From assembly GCA_051362555.1 (NCBI GenBank), contig CM120648.1:3344587-3408586 (forward strand): a DNA stretch of 64,000 bases, written 5' to 3'. Origin of the DNA: Lingula anatina (lineage: Eukaryota; Animalia; Brachiopoda). Position 1 is the stretch's first letter. Every line of letters starts with the position of its first letter. Below are positions 1 to 10,752 of this stretch, piece by piece. The notes under the pieces are model-generated. The model made no database searches and was not told the DNA's origin. It saw nothing but the letters and a program-made list of their open reading frames with translations. The position numbers were made by a program, and so were the translations under genes.

Positions 1-1095
1 TGAGATTGGGACAATTTTTATACACTACAAACAAAGACATCTCTCATAACAAATGAATTCCAGTTTATTATACTGCATATAATGTTATCAGTTTCATACA
101 TATGTAAAGTGTCACTTCAGCAGACACTATGTCCAGTAGGAAACTACAGTTATGTCTTCCCAGTGTGATATGAAAATTAAACTTTCAGATGTTTTAGATA
201 AGACACAATGTGACAGTCATAGTATAATTAATGCAACTAACAACAGACATTATTACCATTAATTGTATGGTTGCATGATCATGTATGACTAACTCTCATT
301 AATAAACAAAGTACCCTGTAACAAATAAACATAACCTGAGATAAAGATATTAATTGGTGTAGTTTTTGACAAAATATGCCTGAAGGTATTAAAACACACC
401 TGAAGTGTAACTTTAAACCCTCAGGTACGAGGCTGAGGTAAAAGTGATTTAATTTTACTGACTCAGCTCTCAAATCTCCTACTGACTTGGCTGTCGAATC
501 TCCCATTTTAAGTATATGCATCACTTTTTTCAGATTTGTCACATAGAAAGGGAGGAGTTTAAAAGGACAAAGAACACTTCTTTGTTGCTTAGGGGTGATG
601 CAACAAGAGCTACTATTACAATTGAAAAGGAAGCCAAATATTTGCAGTTTCAATCTATTATATTTATTATAATTTAAGTTCAATTAAAACTCTTGTACTC
701 ACAATCATACTGCAACCTTGGATTATGTATATATCAAATTCATGCCATCGCCATGCACTTTCAGTGATAACACATTAAGTGGAAAACGGTTTTGTCTTCT
801 GTCTTCAATCTTATGGAACTGATGTTTATTTGTAAAATACAGTTTAAAATTGAGCATGATCAGGCCATTTTTTCAAAAATTACGCTGTTTTTCCCCTTTT
901 TTAGCATATGTGCAACACTGATAAAAAATTTCAAGGAAAACGAATAGGCCCATTGTCTTGAAAATCACAGGAGTAATTAATGTTATGAATATACGGGTTA
1001 AGTATGAAAATGGCCTTGATCTAACCATTTTTACAAACGTCATGCAGTTTTTATTTTAATTCTTTTGGCAAATTTTGAGAACTGGTTCTTTGCAG

Positions 1096-1123
1096 TTTGT
1101 AGAGTTTGTCAAGCACAGCACTG
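1096..1123 (+). CDS. PEX5: Possible upstream PEX5 exon (FVEFVKHST; PEX7-binding-like segment); 3' boundary uncertain
   Basis: Acceptor ttctttgcag ends at 1095. The translation resembles FLKFVRQIG of PEX5L. No clean phase-0 donor was found to join it to 2251. Confidence 0.4.
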
Positions 1124-1571
1124 GTAGAGGTGGTGGTGGTAGTGGCGCTTACTCCAGCTGGTGGTACAATATCTGGAGGCGGTATCGCCTCTCTGATCCT
1201 CTAGTTTGATTTTGGTTTTGATAGAGTTGGAGATAATATGTAATAAGATTATAACCATGATTTTAGCACCACTGTGTCTAAGGGGGTGAAGGTCTCTTTT
1301 TGCATTTATAAACAAGGTTGCTTTGAATTTAAAGAAGGAAAAAATGGTACTTATTTTCATTTGAGGATTAACGAACAAAGTCACCTTTTTTTTTTTTTTT
1401 TCATCAAAATTAATAATGAGCATTTTTAAACGAAACAAAGACCTAACAGAATTTCTTTTTACTTGAGACCATTATATTATATATAAAAGACTTAAATTTT
1501 AATTCATATGTTGGCTGGCTCCAAATAATGTTTTCTTCATTGTTTATATATATTTGATAGCTGCTGATTAA

Positions 1572-2117
1572 GAGCGCATTCTCAACGAATTAAGCCAAGC
1601 TTTACAAAGCCGGTAACCTAAAAATGGCGGATGTACATGAAAGAAAAACTGCCTAATCTTTTAATAGTCTCTCCGCCTCCCCACACGTCGTCCCTGCGGG
1701 GCACAGTAATTAAATCGCGTCTCCGTTCGCCATGCGGAAGCTACCTGAGAAATATTAAGTGCGCATGCTCATCAGTTAAACTCGTGGTGAAGAAAGCATG
1801 GCGGCTGAAGGCGATCGAAGGAAAAAAGCTCTTCTGTTCTATTATCTTTGAAAACAGAGACGAAAAAGGAATAATTTGGCCCGTAGAGCAGCAATGAATC
1901 GACTATCTACGGAGATAATATCACCAGAGATATTCACGGAAATGTTAATGTTCAGAGCCGAGATTTAATTACTGTACCCCGCAGGGACGACGTGTGGGGA
2001 GGCGTGTGAGAGGCGGAGAGACTATTAAAAGATTAGGCGGTTTTTCTTTCATGTACGTCCGCCATTTTTAGGTCACCGGCTTTGTAAAGCTTGGCTTAAT
2101 TCGTTGAGAATGCGCTC
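1572..2117. mobile_element. PIF/Harbinger-type MITE, 546 bp
   Basis: Roughly 150-bp terminal inverted repeats GAGCGCATTCTCAACGAATTAAGCCAAGC... / ...GCTTGGCTTAATTCGTTGAGAATGCGCTC; TAA target duplication at 1569-1571 and 2118-2120. Confidence 0.88.
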
Positions 2118-2250
2118 TAAGAAAGGTATTTTAGTCACCCAGACCAGCACTAGAGGGCGTTTCACAAAGACCAACTCAACTTGTTGGCGTTGGCAACTTT
2201 CTTATCAATCTAGATATTTGAAACTTAACATACTCCTGCCTCCTTTTCAG

Positions 2251-2366
2251 GAGAAGTCCTTGTCAGACAAGTGGGCAGAAGAGTTTGGTGCCTTTAATGA
2301 AGGGGGAGCAAGAGAGACCACAGACTTTTGGGAGAAGTTGCAAAAACAATGGGAGGAAATGGCAGG
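2251..2366 (+). CDS. PEX5: PEX5 exon ([12 protein letters not shown]...[13 protein letters not shown])
   Basis: Acceptor ttttcag, donor gtacga; contains a WxxxF motif. Confidence 0.93.
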
Positions 2367-5300
2367 GTACGAGAGTGCATTGCGTGAATTTCTATTCAGG
2401 TCTCGCATTCATTAATTCATTCATTCTATTTTATTCCATTTTATCCTGTTTTGTTCATTTTTCTTCTGTCTCACTCTTTTCTATTCCATTCCTTTCCATC
2501 CCATCCCATCCCATCCCATACTGGTCCATCCCTTTCCATCCCATCCCACACCATCTCATCCCACTCTGCTCCATCTCATCTAACTACATCCCTTCCCATC
2601 TCATCCCATCCCATCCTGCTCTATCCCATCTAACTCCATCCCATCCCATCCCATCCTGCTCCATCCCGCCCCTTGCCATTCTTTCCCCTTCCATTCCATT
2701 CATCTTATTCTCTCCCATTCCACTTCCAGGACAGATGAGCACCCCTGGCTGTCAGACTATGAAAGAATTGACCCGTACAGGAACTACCAGTTTGAGCAAG
2801 ACAACCCCCTGCTGGACCACCCTGACCCCTTCAAGGAGGGGCTGAAAAGGCTAAAGCAGGGGGACATCCCCAATGCCGTCCTCCTGTTTGAGGCTGCTGT
2901 ACAGAAGGACCCCTCTCATGTCGAGGTGAGGGTTTGAAAATGGAGGGACTTTTATCATGCACACAGTTTCAGGGATGTTTTTTTACCGACTCGCCGCTTC
3001 TTGGGAGCCAGAGTATATCGTTGTCCTTGGTGGCCCTGTGGACCCCATTCCATATTTTCTTATTTTTTTCATTAAATGACAGTCTCATCCCTGAAAGTTG
3101 CAGTCTGTGCCAAAATTTTAAACTATCTGATGAAGTGAGTGGGCTCTTGTCCTAATAACTGATCAATTGACACCATTTACTTTCTGATTTACCACAGTTT
3201 CATTACTTTATATCTCTAAAATTATTATGTTTTGATGCTGCTCATTATATGTATGACAAAGTTTATCATGTACACGGCAATTCTGTATTATAGGCCTGGC
3301 AGTATTTGGGGACAACTCAAGCGGAAAATGAACAGGAGCCTGCTGCCATTGCTGCTCTCAAAAAGTAATACCTTCAAAGCAATAAATGCATTAATTATTA
3401 GGTTTGCTGTGGAGTAAGCTTTGCTATAGTCAAAAAGCTGGCTGGTTTTAGTTGTTTCAATCAAGTTTTAATGTTAAACTAAAGAAGTGATGAATTTAGT
3501 GAAGAATAATAAGTGTACATTTCCAATAGCTGAATTTGACAATGTTTAACATTTGCTTGAAATTCACTGTGCTTAGTATGACAATTGTAAACTCTGTGGA
3601 AACCACAATTGTGGTCTAAAAATTACAGAGAACTATCAGTCATAAGTTCTAATGTAAAAACAGACCCAGATTTTAACACACTTAATATATTGGTTATGAG
3701 CTCAAGAGGATTTTTTTTTCCATTTAAGGTGCCTTGAATTTGATCAAGGGAACCTGACAGCCCTGATGGCCCTTGCGGTCAGTTACACCAACGAGACCCT
3801 GCAGCCCCAGGCCCTGGACACCCTGAAGACGTGGCTTAGAAATAACCCCAAATACACCCACTTAGTCCCCCAGCTGGACGGAGAACACAAAACTAACCTG
3901 TACGTGTCTTCCCTCGCTAATAGGTACTGAAACCAGACCTGCTTGGCCACCCCAAGTTTCATAGTGTATCTTGTGCTTTATTGGGCTCATTCCCTATTAA
4001 ACTATCAGGCTACGTGGATTGATCCAACTCCGAATGTGGGCTGATTACCAACATACTCCTATAATCGCCATCTTTTCTGTACTCCATGCCAGGTGGCGTG
4101 TTAATCTTTTAATTTAACTTCATTCATCTATATTCCCCATGGATATGGATCGATCTACATTGATCAAAAGTCTCATTTGGGAATGAGCCCTATGTGTTTT
4201 ATTGGTATAGGTTTGTAGTGGAAAGCTGATATTGAAGAGACTTTGAGACTCGGGGTGCTCTCCCTCATGGAGTAGAGCCAGTGGCATATTAACGTACTGA
4301 TAGTGTGCATGCAAGCGTGATATTAGATGATTAACCTAGTTGTCTGTAGTTTGTGTTATAATATATTTTGCAACTGCCCTGTGTTTATCATATGAAGTAC
4401 TGCTTAAAGATTTCCTTTGTTTTTGCTATCCTTATTTGCCTATGTATATAGTTCTGGCATGACTGTTATGTTATTATTCTCATTATTATTTATATTGTCC
4501 GCTTTTATGCATTTAAACATTGCTTGATTTGGTTTTGGTTTGCAGTTTTGTTTGGCTTTGGAAATGGCTTTTATGTTGCTTTGTATTTCATGACAAGTTA
4601 CCTTACTACATGAGTGACAGATATACAAGTACCTTTCATGTTATTAATGTTTTGCCTTGTTCAAATTACTTTATCTGAAAGCAAGAATTATTTTGTTTTT
4701 CTTCTGTTTTATCATGTCATCTTCAAAACTCATTGAAAACAGATGATAGTTTTAGATGGGTGTTCATCTCGATTTTTTTGTTTTGTTTTGTAATTGTTCC
4801 TGTCTCAGAAGTGATTACGACAACGATGATCACGTCACTTTAGTGTCGTCTGTCCACAGCAGATATTGGCCAAGGTAACTTGTCTCTGCACATGCACACC
4901 AACGTGCGCGCATGCAAATGCCCACATCCACATGCAGGCAGATATTAAAACACATTTGTACTCAACATAACAAAACAATAAATGTTTTTGTTTTTTTGTT
5001 TTTTTTTTAATTGTGGTAGATAATTTTTTTTTTTTTTTTTTTTACACATCAGAATTTTACTAAATTTAACCTAGAACTAAGTGTGGTATAGCTGTAAAAT
5101 TAGTATTTTCAAATAAAAATTCATCAGCTATGTTCTTTGAACAGGCAAAAATCATAGTTACTATCATTCCAATATTACAATTACCTACAAGGTGCTTTCA
5201 TCAAGGGACTGGTATTAAAACAACTAATTGGAGTTGTAATAACTGATTTTCGTTTGAAGAATGGATTAATGCCCATAGCTTCACCTTTTTGCTCCTGTGC

Positions 5301-7290
5301 TTCCTGTTGTTATACCCTCTTATTTGTTGAATTCAGCTTTTGGCAAAGTATTTGGGTGTCTGATGTTATTGTAAATTGTACATCCTTGCTTATGTTTAAG
5401 TGCAGAAGTGTAAGTAAAGTAAGTGATTTGAATGTGAAGTCTGTTCTAAATCACCACATAAAGCCCTAGCAACCAGATAAGGTCACCTTATTACAAAATG
5501 TGGAGCAAATCTGGTAACTTACTGATTGCTATGGTGTTTCACATGTCAATTGAGATTAGAGATGCTGCAATTATGCTACCATGCAGACAGTGTAAATGTT
5601 TGTATTTTACATTGAAGTTTTACACCAGCAGTTTCAATCAACTTGACTGACAGTGTAAACTCAGAATTCCGACCTTGACATGTTTACTTTCATAAGTTGT
5701 CATATTTAAAGCTGTATGTTATGCATTGAACGCTCTTGTGCAGGTTTTATGTTTTAACTACCACTAAAGTGAACATGCCCAGATGAGCACACACACGCGC
5801 ACACACACACACACACACACACACATGCATGAACACATGCATACCCACACACACATTGAATATTGTTTTGTCTAATTGTTTTATAAATTTTATATAATGT
5901 AAATCTGAACATACCAGAGCACTTGTTAAGTACTGTGACATTAAGTGGACCTTATTATTCCAGTACTCTTCATGAAGAAGTGAAGAACATGTACCTGCAG
6001 GCCGCTCGCCAGTTCCCTCAGGACATAGACCCAGATGTACAGGTATGGATAACCTGAGACCTTCAATGTGTTAGTTGTGACCCAAACAATGATGTATGTG
6101 ACCTTAAATGCTTAAATGTGTTAGTTGTGACCTAATTAATGTAACATTGCTTGATATGTGTTATTTATGATTAAAGGGCTGAAATGTATGACCCAAAATT
6201 TGTTAATTGCGACCTCAATTATGATACGTGTGACCTGAAATGTGCTAGATGAGAACAAAAATGTGTTAGATGTGATCTGTAATGTGCTAGATGAAATCTG
6301 AAATGTGTTAGATGAGTTCAGTCCTCTGTTTTCCAGTGTGGTTTGGGTGTCCTGTTCAATTTGTCTGGAGAGTACGACAAAGCAGTGGACTGTTTCAGTG
6401 CTGCGGTACAAGTACGCCCACAGGTAGGTCACTATTGTGAAGGTACTGTTCATCAGCTAAGAAATGACAGTAGTCAGTTGCTATTATCTTATACAGGTGA
6501 TATTCACCCCAAATACTGACCCAGATCCCAGATACAGTGGCTAACTCTAGCCTGCCCTAATCGGACACTGGATTTCCATTCCTGTCACACTGCTTTCATA
6601 AAATTCTGAAAATTGAGAAGAATTTTTGGATAAATATACCTGATATAAATATCAACAACAATAATACTCCCCCACACTAATATATTCTTGTTTCATCAGT
6701 TTCCTATTTGTGTCTCAAGGATTTGGATGACAATAGAATGATTTTTCTTACAATTTCAGGACGCCCTTCTGTGGAACAAACTCGGTGCTACTCTGGCCAA
6801 TGGCAGTCGCAGTGAGGAGGCCGTAGACGCCTACCACCATGCCTTACAGATAGCCCCAGGCTTCATACGGTCACGTTACAACCTGGGTATTGCATGTGTC
6901 AACCTCAGCGCACACAAGTGAGTTGGGTTGGTTTCTGCCTGTTTTTGTATGATCATCCCCTCAAGGTTAACATGCAGTTAAACACAATTCTGACCAAATT
7001 CTTTATTTTATTTATTTTAGCCATAGAGAAAATATGTTGCACTGTTATTATTGTTTGTTAAGAAAAAAGAATTTTTTCATTTTTCCAGGGAAGCAGTAGA
7101 GCACTTCTTGATGGCACTAAACATGCAGCACCAGGGTCGTGGGCCACGAGGTGAGCAGTCCGTCATGTCGGACAACGTGTGGTCCACCTTGCGCATGGCA
7201 ATTTCTCTGATGGGACGTCCAGACTTGTACGAACTGTGCGATGAGCGCAACTTGGATCGACTCAACAAAGAATTCAACATGGAAACGTGA
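2251..7290 (+). CDS. PEX5: Peroxisomal targeting signal 1 receptor PEX5, 3' part (5' exons lie upstream of the window); join 2251-2366,2730-2925,3294-3364,3729-3923,5964-6042,6337-6423,6760-6917,7089-7290
   Basis: All introns are GT-AG with consistent phases. The spliced translation has WxxxF/Y motifs (WAEEF, WLSDY) and a TPR domain matching known PEX5: [99 protein letters not shown]. Confidence 0.97.
2486..2700. repeat. Degenerate (CCATC)n microsatellite
   Basis: Visible pentamer array; explains the Pro/Ile/Ser/His-rich spurious ORFs. Confidence 0.85.
2730..2925 (+). CDS. PEX5: PEX5 exon (HPWLSDY...TPR1)
   Basis: Boundaries ttccag / gtgagg; conserved translation. Confidence 0.96.
3294..3364 (+). 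CDS. PEX5: PEX5 exon ([23 protein letters not shown])
   Basis: Boundaries tatag / gtaata; conserved TPR2. Confidence 0.96.
3729..3923 (+). CDS. PEX5: PEX5 exon ([22 protein letters not shown]...)
   Basis: Boundaries tttaag / gtactg; conserved TPR3. Confidence 0.95.
4809..4874 (+). CDS. PEX5: Candidate PEX5 cassette exon, 66 nt ([21 protein letters not shown])
   Basis: Long T-rich tract plus ctcag acceptor; AG|gtaact donor; phase 2-2 matches the flanking exons; no stop codon. Confidence 0.55.
5964..6042 (+). CDS. PEX5: PEX5 exon ([26 protein letters not shown])
   Basis: Boundaries ttccag / gtatgg; conserved IDPDVQ. Confidence 0.95.
6050..6316. repeat. Degenerate ~21-bp minisatellite (aatgtgttagatgtgacctga-like) in a PEX5 intron
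   Basis: Recurrent aatgtgttag/aatgtgctag...gtgacc units. Confidence 0.7.
6337..6423 (+). CDS. PEX5: PEX5 exon ([29 protein letters not shown])
   Basis: Boundaries ttccag / gtaggt; conserved TPR5. Confidence 0.97.
6760..6917 (+). CDS. PEX5: PEX5 exon ([15 protein letters not shown]...[13 protein letters not shown])
   Basis: Boundaries tttcag / gtgagt; conserved TPR6-7. Confidence 0.97.
7089..7290 (+). CDS. PEX5: PEX5 last coding exon, ending at TGA 7288-7290
   Basis: Acceptor ttttccag; EAVEHFL...WSTLRMA; ends at the position equivalent to the known PEX5 C-terminus. Confidence 0.96.
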
Positions 7291-8343
7291 CATACATCCA
7301 CCAAGTCCAGAGACTCTTATGTTGGCAGATGGCTGTCAAGGGATGGAAATGACTTCCCACAGAAACTGGTGATAAATAGTAGCGAGGACACACTGAAACT
7401 TAATTCTCCTAAATTTAAGACAAGAGGCTTTGGATCCGTATCAGAATTGAATTCTTTGAGGTTGATGCCATTGGATATGCAGGACATGCCAAATACTTAC
7501 ACACCAGGATCCCAATCTTTGCTCACTCTATCAGCATGTGGTCAAAACTCCGAATTTTTAAATCTTGGAGTGGCCATGAAAAGTATCGCCAACAAAAACA
7601 AGTTCAAGAAGATTTCAACCACTGAAACAAAAGGTACACAAATTGAGATTAATAGAAATTTAAATGCTTATATTGGAGATGGAGAAGTTAGTCAAAATGT
7701 AGTTGATGTAGTGGATTCATCTAATGAACAATGTGAGATTGACAGAAAATTGAATGGCAGAAGGAGGAACAGAGAATGTTTGACTCAGCTTGAGCACACA
7801 ACCTCTGATGAGCCATATTATGATATAGGCAGAGAGAATGTACTGGGAGAAACTCTGCTAGCGAGATTTGTTCATTCTTATGATATTAAAGCAGAGGGCC
7901 TTGGTTATTTGAGATGTGATTTCAGAAGATTTGCAGGAAAACCTGTTACTAAATGTAGTATAGTTAAGGATAATCAAAATATTTTTCCCAATGAAAAGCA
8001 AAAGAATGTTTATGATGATCGTGATAGAATATCTGATTTTTCCTCACTCGGCCCTACTAACAGACAAGGCTTGGCGTTTAGCCCAGGTGTTTTGGGGATC
8101 ACAGAAGCTAGTTCCATGGACTCCACCGTAAATGTCAATTGTGTTAGATGTGACACTAAGTTGGGCGAGAATGCTTCGAGAATTTGTCATTATAACAGTC
8201 CGATAGATGGCGGGGATGATAGCAATGAAAACCGTCACCAACATGTTCATTTTTCGGGAGATTTTAAAGCAGTGATGATTGGCAATAGAGTAACAGTGAG
8301 AGAAAAGGTGCTTCCGGGGGTTTTAGATTTGATTTTTAATTAA
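7291..8343 (+). CDS. 350-codon open frame directly after, and in frame with, the PEX5 stop (candidate readthrough extension or unknown ORF)
   Basis: Codons 7291-7368 (HTSTKSRDSYVGRWLSRDGNDFPQKL) are open and continue into track ORF 7369-8343. The product is hydrophilic and N/D/E/S-rich with no recognised domain. Confidence 0.6.
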   Translation, partial: HTSTKSRDSYVGRWLSRDGNDFPQKLVINSSEDTLKLNSPKFKTRGFGSVSELNSLRLMPLDMQDMPNTYTPGSQSLLTLSACGQNSEFLNLGVAMKSIANKNKFKKISTTETKGTQIEINRNLNAYIGDGEVSQNVVDVVDSSNEQCEIDRKLNGRRRNRECLTQLEHTTSDEPYYDIGRENVLGETLLARFVHSYDIKAEGLGYLRCDFRRFAGKPVTKCSIVKDNQNIFPNEKQKNVYDDRDRISDFSSLGPTNRQGLAFSPGVLGITEASSMDSTVNVNCVRCDTKLGENASRICHYNSPIDGGDDSNENRHQHVHFSGDFKAVMIGNRVTVREKVLPGVLDLIFN

Positions 8344-8586
8344 CAACATATTAACTGTTGTATCAACTGATACAGATTTCTTATGACACATGGATTCAAA
8401 TTTTCCTGATTATGATAGAAAAACGATAAAAAGTGGCTCGTTTTCAATAACTTTTAAAATGTAGGCATGCCAACCTCAATCACGATAAAGCAGAATTTTA
8501 ATATAAGATGAGTGAAGATTCGATTATGATTCTATGAAGTATCAGTTTTCTTCACAGAAGATGAATGTGTTATATTTAAGTTAGAC

Positions 8587-8592
8587 AATAAA
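8587..8592 (+). promoter_or_regulatory. Probable PEX5 polyadenylation signal AATAAA
   Basis: AATAAA followed about 20 nt later by the GT/T-rich element tgtttgtttttt; lies downstream of the extension ORF. Confidence 0.5.
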
Positions 8593-9320
8593 TAGTATAT
8601 TATCAAATGTTTGTTTTTTAATTAAATTCCCAGATCCACTGTTGAAAAAATCGGTCATTGCCAACATTCAGCAGAACCTGCAGCCTACTTATATAAACTA
8701 ATTACATTTTATGTTTATGTGTCAGTCTGTATATAGTCTGTAGAGATAATTAAAATCTTGTCAAACACTTGAGCGGCAAAGAAAAAGTAAACTACAAATC
8801 TTCTTTTAAGGTTTTATTGCACGTTAAGCGTTGTCATCAACTTCATTGGCATGTGATTTACCAATCAATTTGCTTATATTTTCCGGTAACATTTTACCAT
8901 CGGTAATTCATCTGGATTGCAAAACTGCACGGCAGATTTAATGTTCTTTTGTTGTCAACATTATATTGTTTCCACTTGGAATTGCCTTTGGCGTGGAGAT
9001 GTCACGCGGGCTACCGTTGCATGGCACGACAAGGTTAGATATGGCTCCAAAGCCTAGCAAAACGTCACTATATTTTATCTCTCATCACAGCTGTCATTTG
9101 GATATATGAATATTAGTAAAAACCAATGGGTTCCATAAGCGGAGTGTCGGTAAGATACCATGGCGCAGAGTTTTTCTTTCTTGGTTCTGTAATAAGAAGG
9201 AAAAACCATTGACTAGATCACTTGTCATCTGTTGCAACGCTGTGAATAAGAGAGAAAACAGTGACTTAGCCGCATACACAGAATTGATGAAGGGATATAT
9301 GAGAGGTATTATTTTTATAT

Positions 9321-9351
<31 letters not shown>

Positions 9352-9549
9352 TTTTACTTGCAACCGCTTGACTTTGGACAAAAACCAATAATATGGATGT
9401 TTATCTTGCAAAGGAGACAAATATAATTTTCACTTCTACATGTACTTCCATCATGCAATTTTTAAAAACTATATGCACACGTTTGCGAACAGTTCCCATC
9501 GTTAACACGAAACAAGGGAATGTCATGCTATTAACAGGTACCTTAACTT

Positions 9550-10636
9550 TTAGTGATATTGTCTACCACACTGTGGCGCATGGGCATCGCTTCTGGCGTC
9601 CCCGTCACACAGCAGGTTGTCGTATTGGAATTCGTATCCGTCCAGGCTGACGAGGGTGTTAAACGTATGAGGGGCGCAGTCAATTACGACTGGCTTGCCA
9701 TTGGAACACTGCACGAAGCTGCAGAAGGGGTCCTCGGGATTGTAGTAGTAATGGACGCGATTGTCTTTGCCTCCGTACCCTTTCTTATCGCCATCGCCGC
9801 CATATTGGCAATACTCTGAAAGAGAAAACAAGATTCATTACAATTATTTTATTTTTTCAGAGAACAGCAACCCTTAGGTTGAAGTTAAACAATTCTTGAT
9901 TAAAGAGAGGTATACAAAAAAAGTGAGAACATGAAAAAAAGTTATGCTATCAAATCAAAATGTAGAATTTAGAATTGCCATACGCTTAAAAACACGATGT
10001 TGACTAGTAAATAGGCCTATGTTCAGCTACTGAAATGAGATATTACATATAAAATAAAAAGACACTAGGATCGATCAGTAACAGGGTTGTAAATTTCTGT
10101 CAGACTGTTCACTTAAAATGTAATTTGATAAGTCGTTTTCTTTCGTAATCTTATTTACATTTGGGTGTCACAGTGTAAATCAATATGTGTAGGCCCTATC
10201 AATATCGCCACCTCGAATTCGAAACTTTGGTAATAATTGACCAAGGGGACGAATTTCCAACAAAAATCCTAACTGTAAAAGAGGTGAGCAATTTACAGAA
10301 AGCACCGTTCAAGTGTCATTTAGAAAGATTTTTATGTAGGCCTATCTGATCAATTCAGTATTTTCAGAATCGTCTCTTTTAAATAGATAAAGATGTTGCT
10401 GGCGAAATAATTGATCACTCAAAAAACTTGAACACTTTCTAAAGAAATAAAATGAAATTAAGGGAAAAAACAATGAAAAACCATCCAAACTCACCGAGAG
10501 GATTAAAATCTGGAAAATAAGGTGCATCACGGACACCTCCATAATATCCAACAGCATTCCTCCCGGACACGGACTTGGCTTCCAGAAACGCCACACAGGT
10601 GACGAGGAACACGGCAATACCAATGCGGAAAGTCAT
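9550..10636 (-). CDS. Secreted chitin-binding (peritrophin-A/CBM14-like) protein, 135 aa; join complement(10495-10636, 9550-9815)
   Basis: Signal peptide MTFRIGIAVFLVTCVAFLEA. Donor G|gtgag and acceptor ttttctctttcag (phase 1) join in frame. Six Cys follow the pattern YC...YYYNPEDPFCSFVQCSNGKPVVIDCAPHTFN...CD...C. Confidence 0.85.
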
Positions 10637-10744
10637 ATTGACGGAGAAGGTTCAGGTAGACAAGATGGCACAATTAATGTAGCTGGCTCTCTGGCACACG
10701 GGTAGACGGGCTCGTGGATGTTTACGATGGGTCGCCGCACAGGG

Positions 10745-10752
10745 TATATATA
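10745..10752 (-). promoter_or_regulatory. TATA box of the chitin-binding gene
   Basis: TATATATA in GC-richer context about 110 bp upstream of the ATG at 10636. Confidence 0.6.

Noticed and set aside
1631-1897. 88-aa ORF inside the MITE
   Set aside because: It starts within the TIR and has no transposase or Myb-like motifs.
2143-2160. CTCF-like motif (cagcactagagggcg)
   Set aside because: A single short match with no independent support.
2285-2845. 186-aa ORF and overlapping Pro/His-rich ORFs
   Set aside because: They are out of frame with the PEX5 exons and run through a (CCATC)n intronic microsatellite.
8329-8343. Cryptic PTS1 at the end of the PEX5 extension
   Set aside because: The frame ends in ...LIFN, which is not SKL-like.
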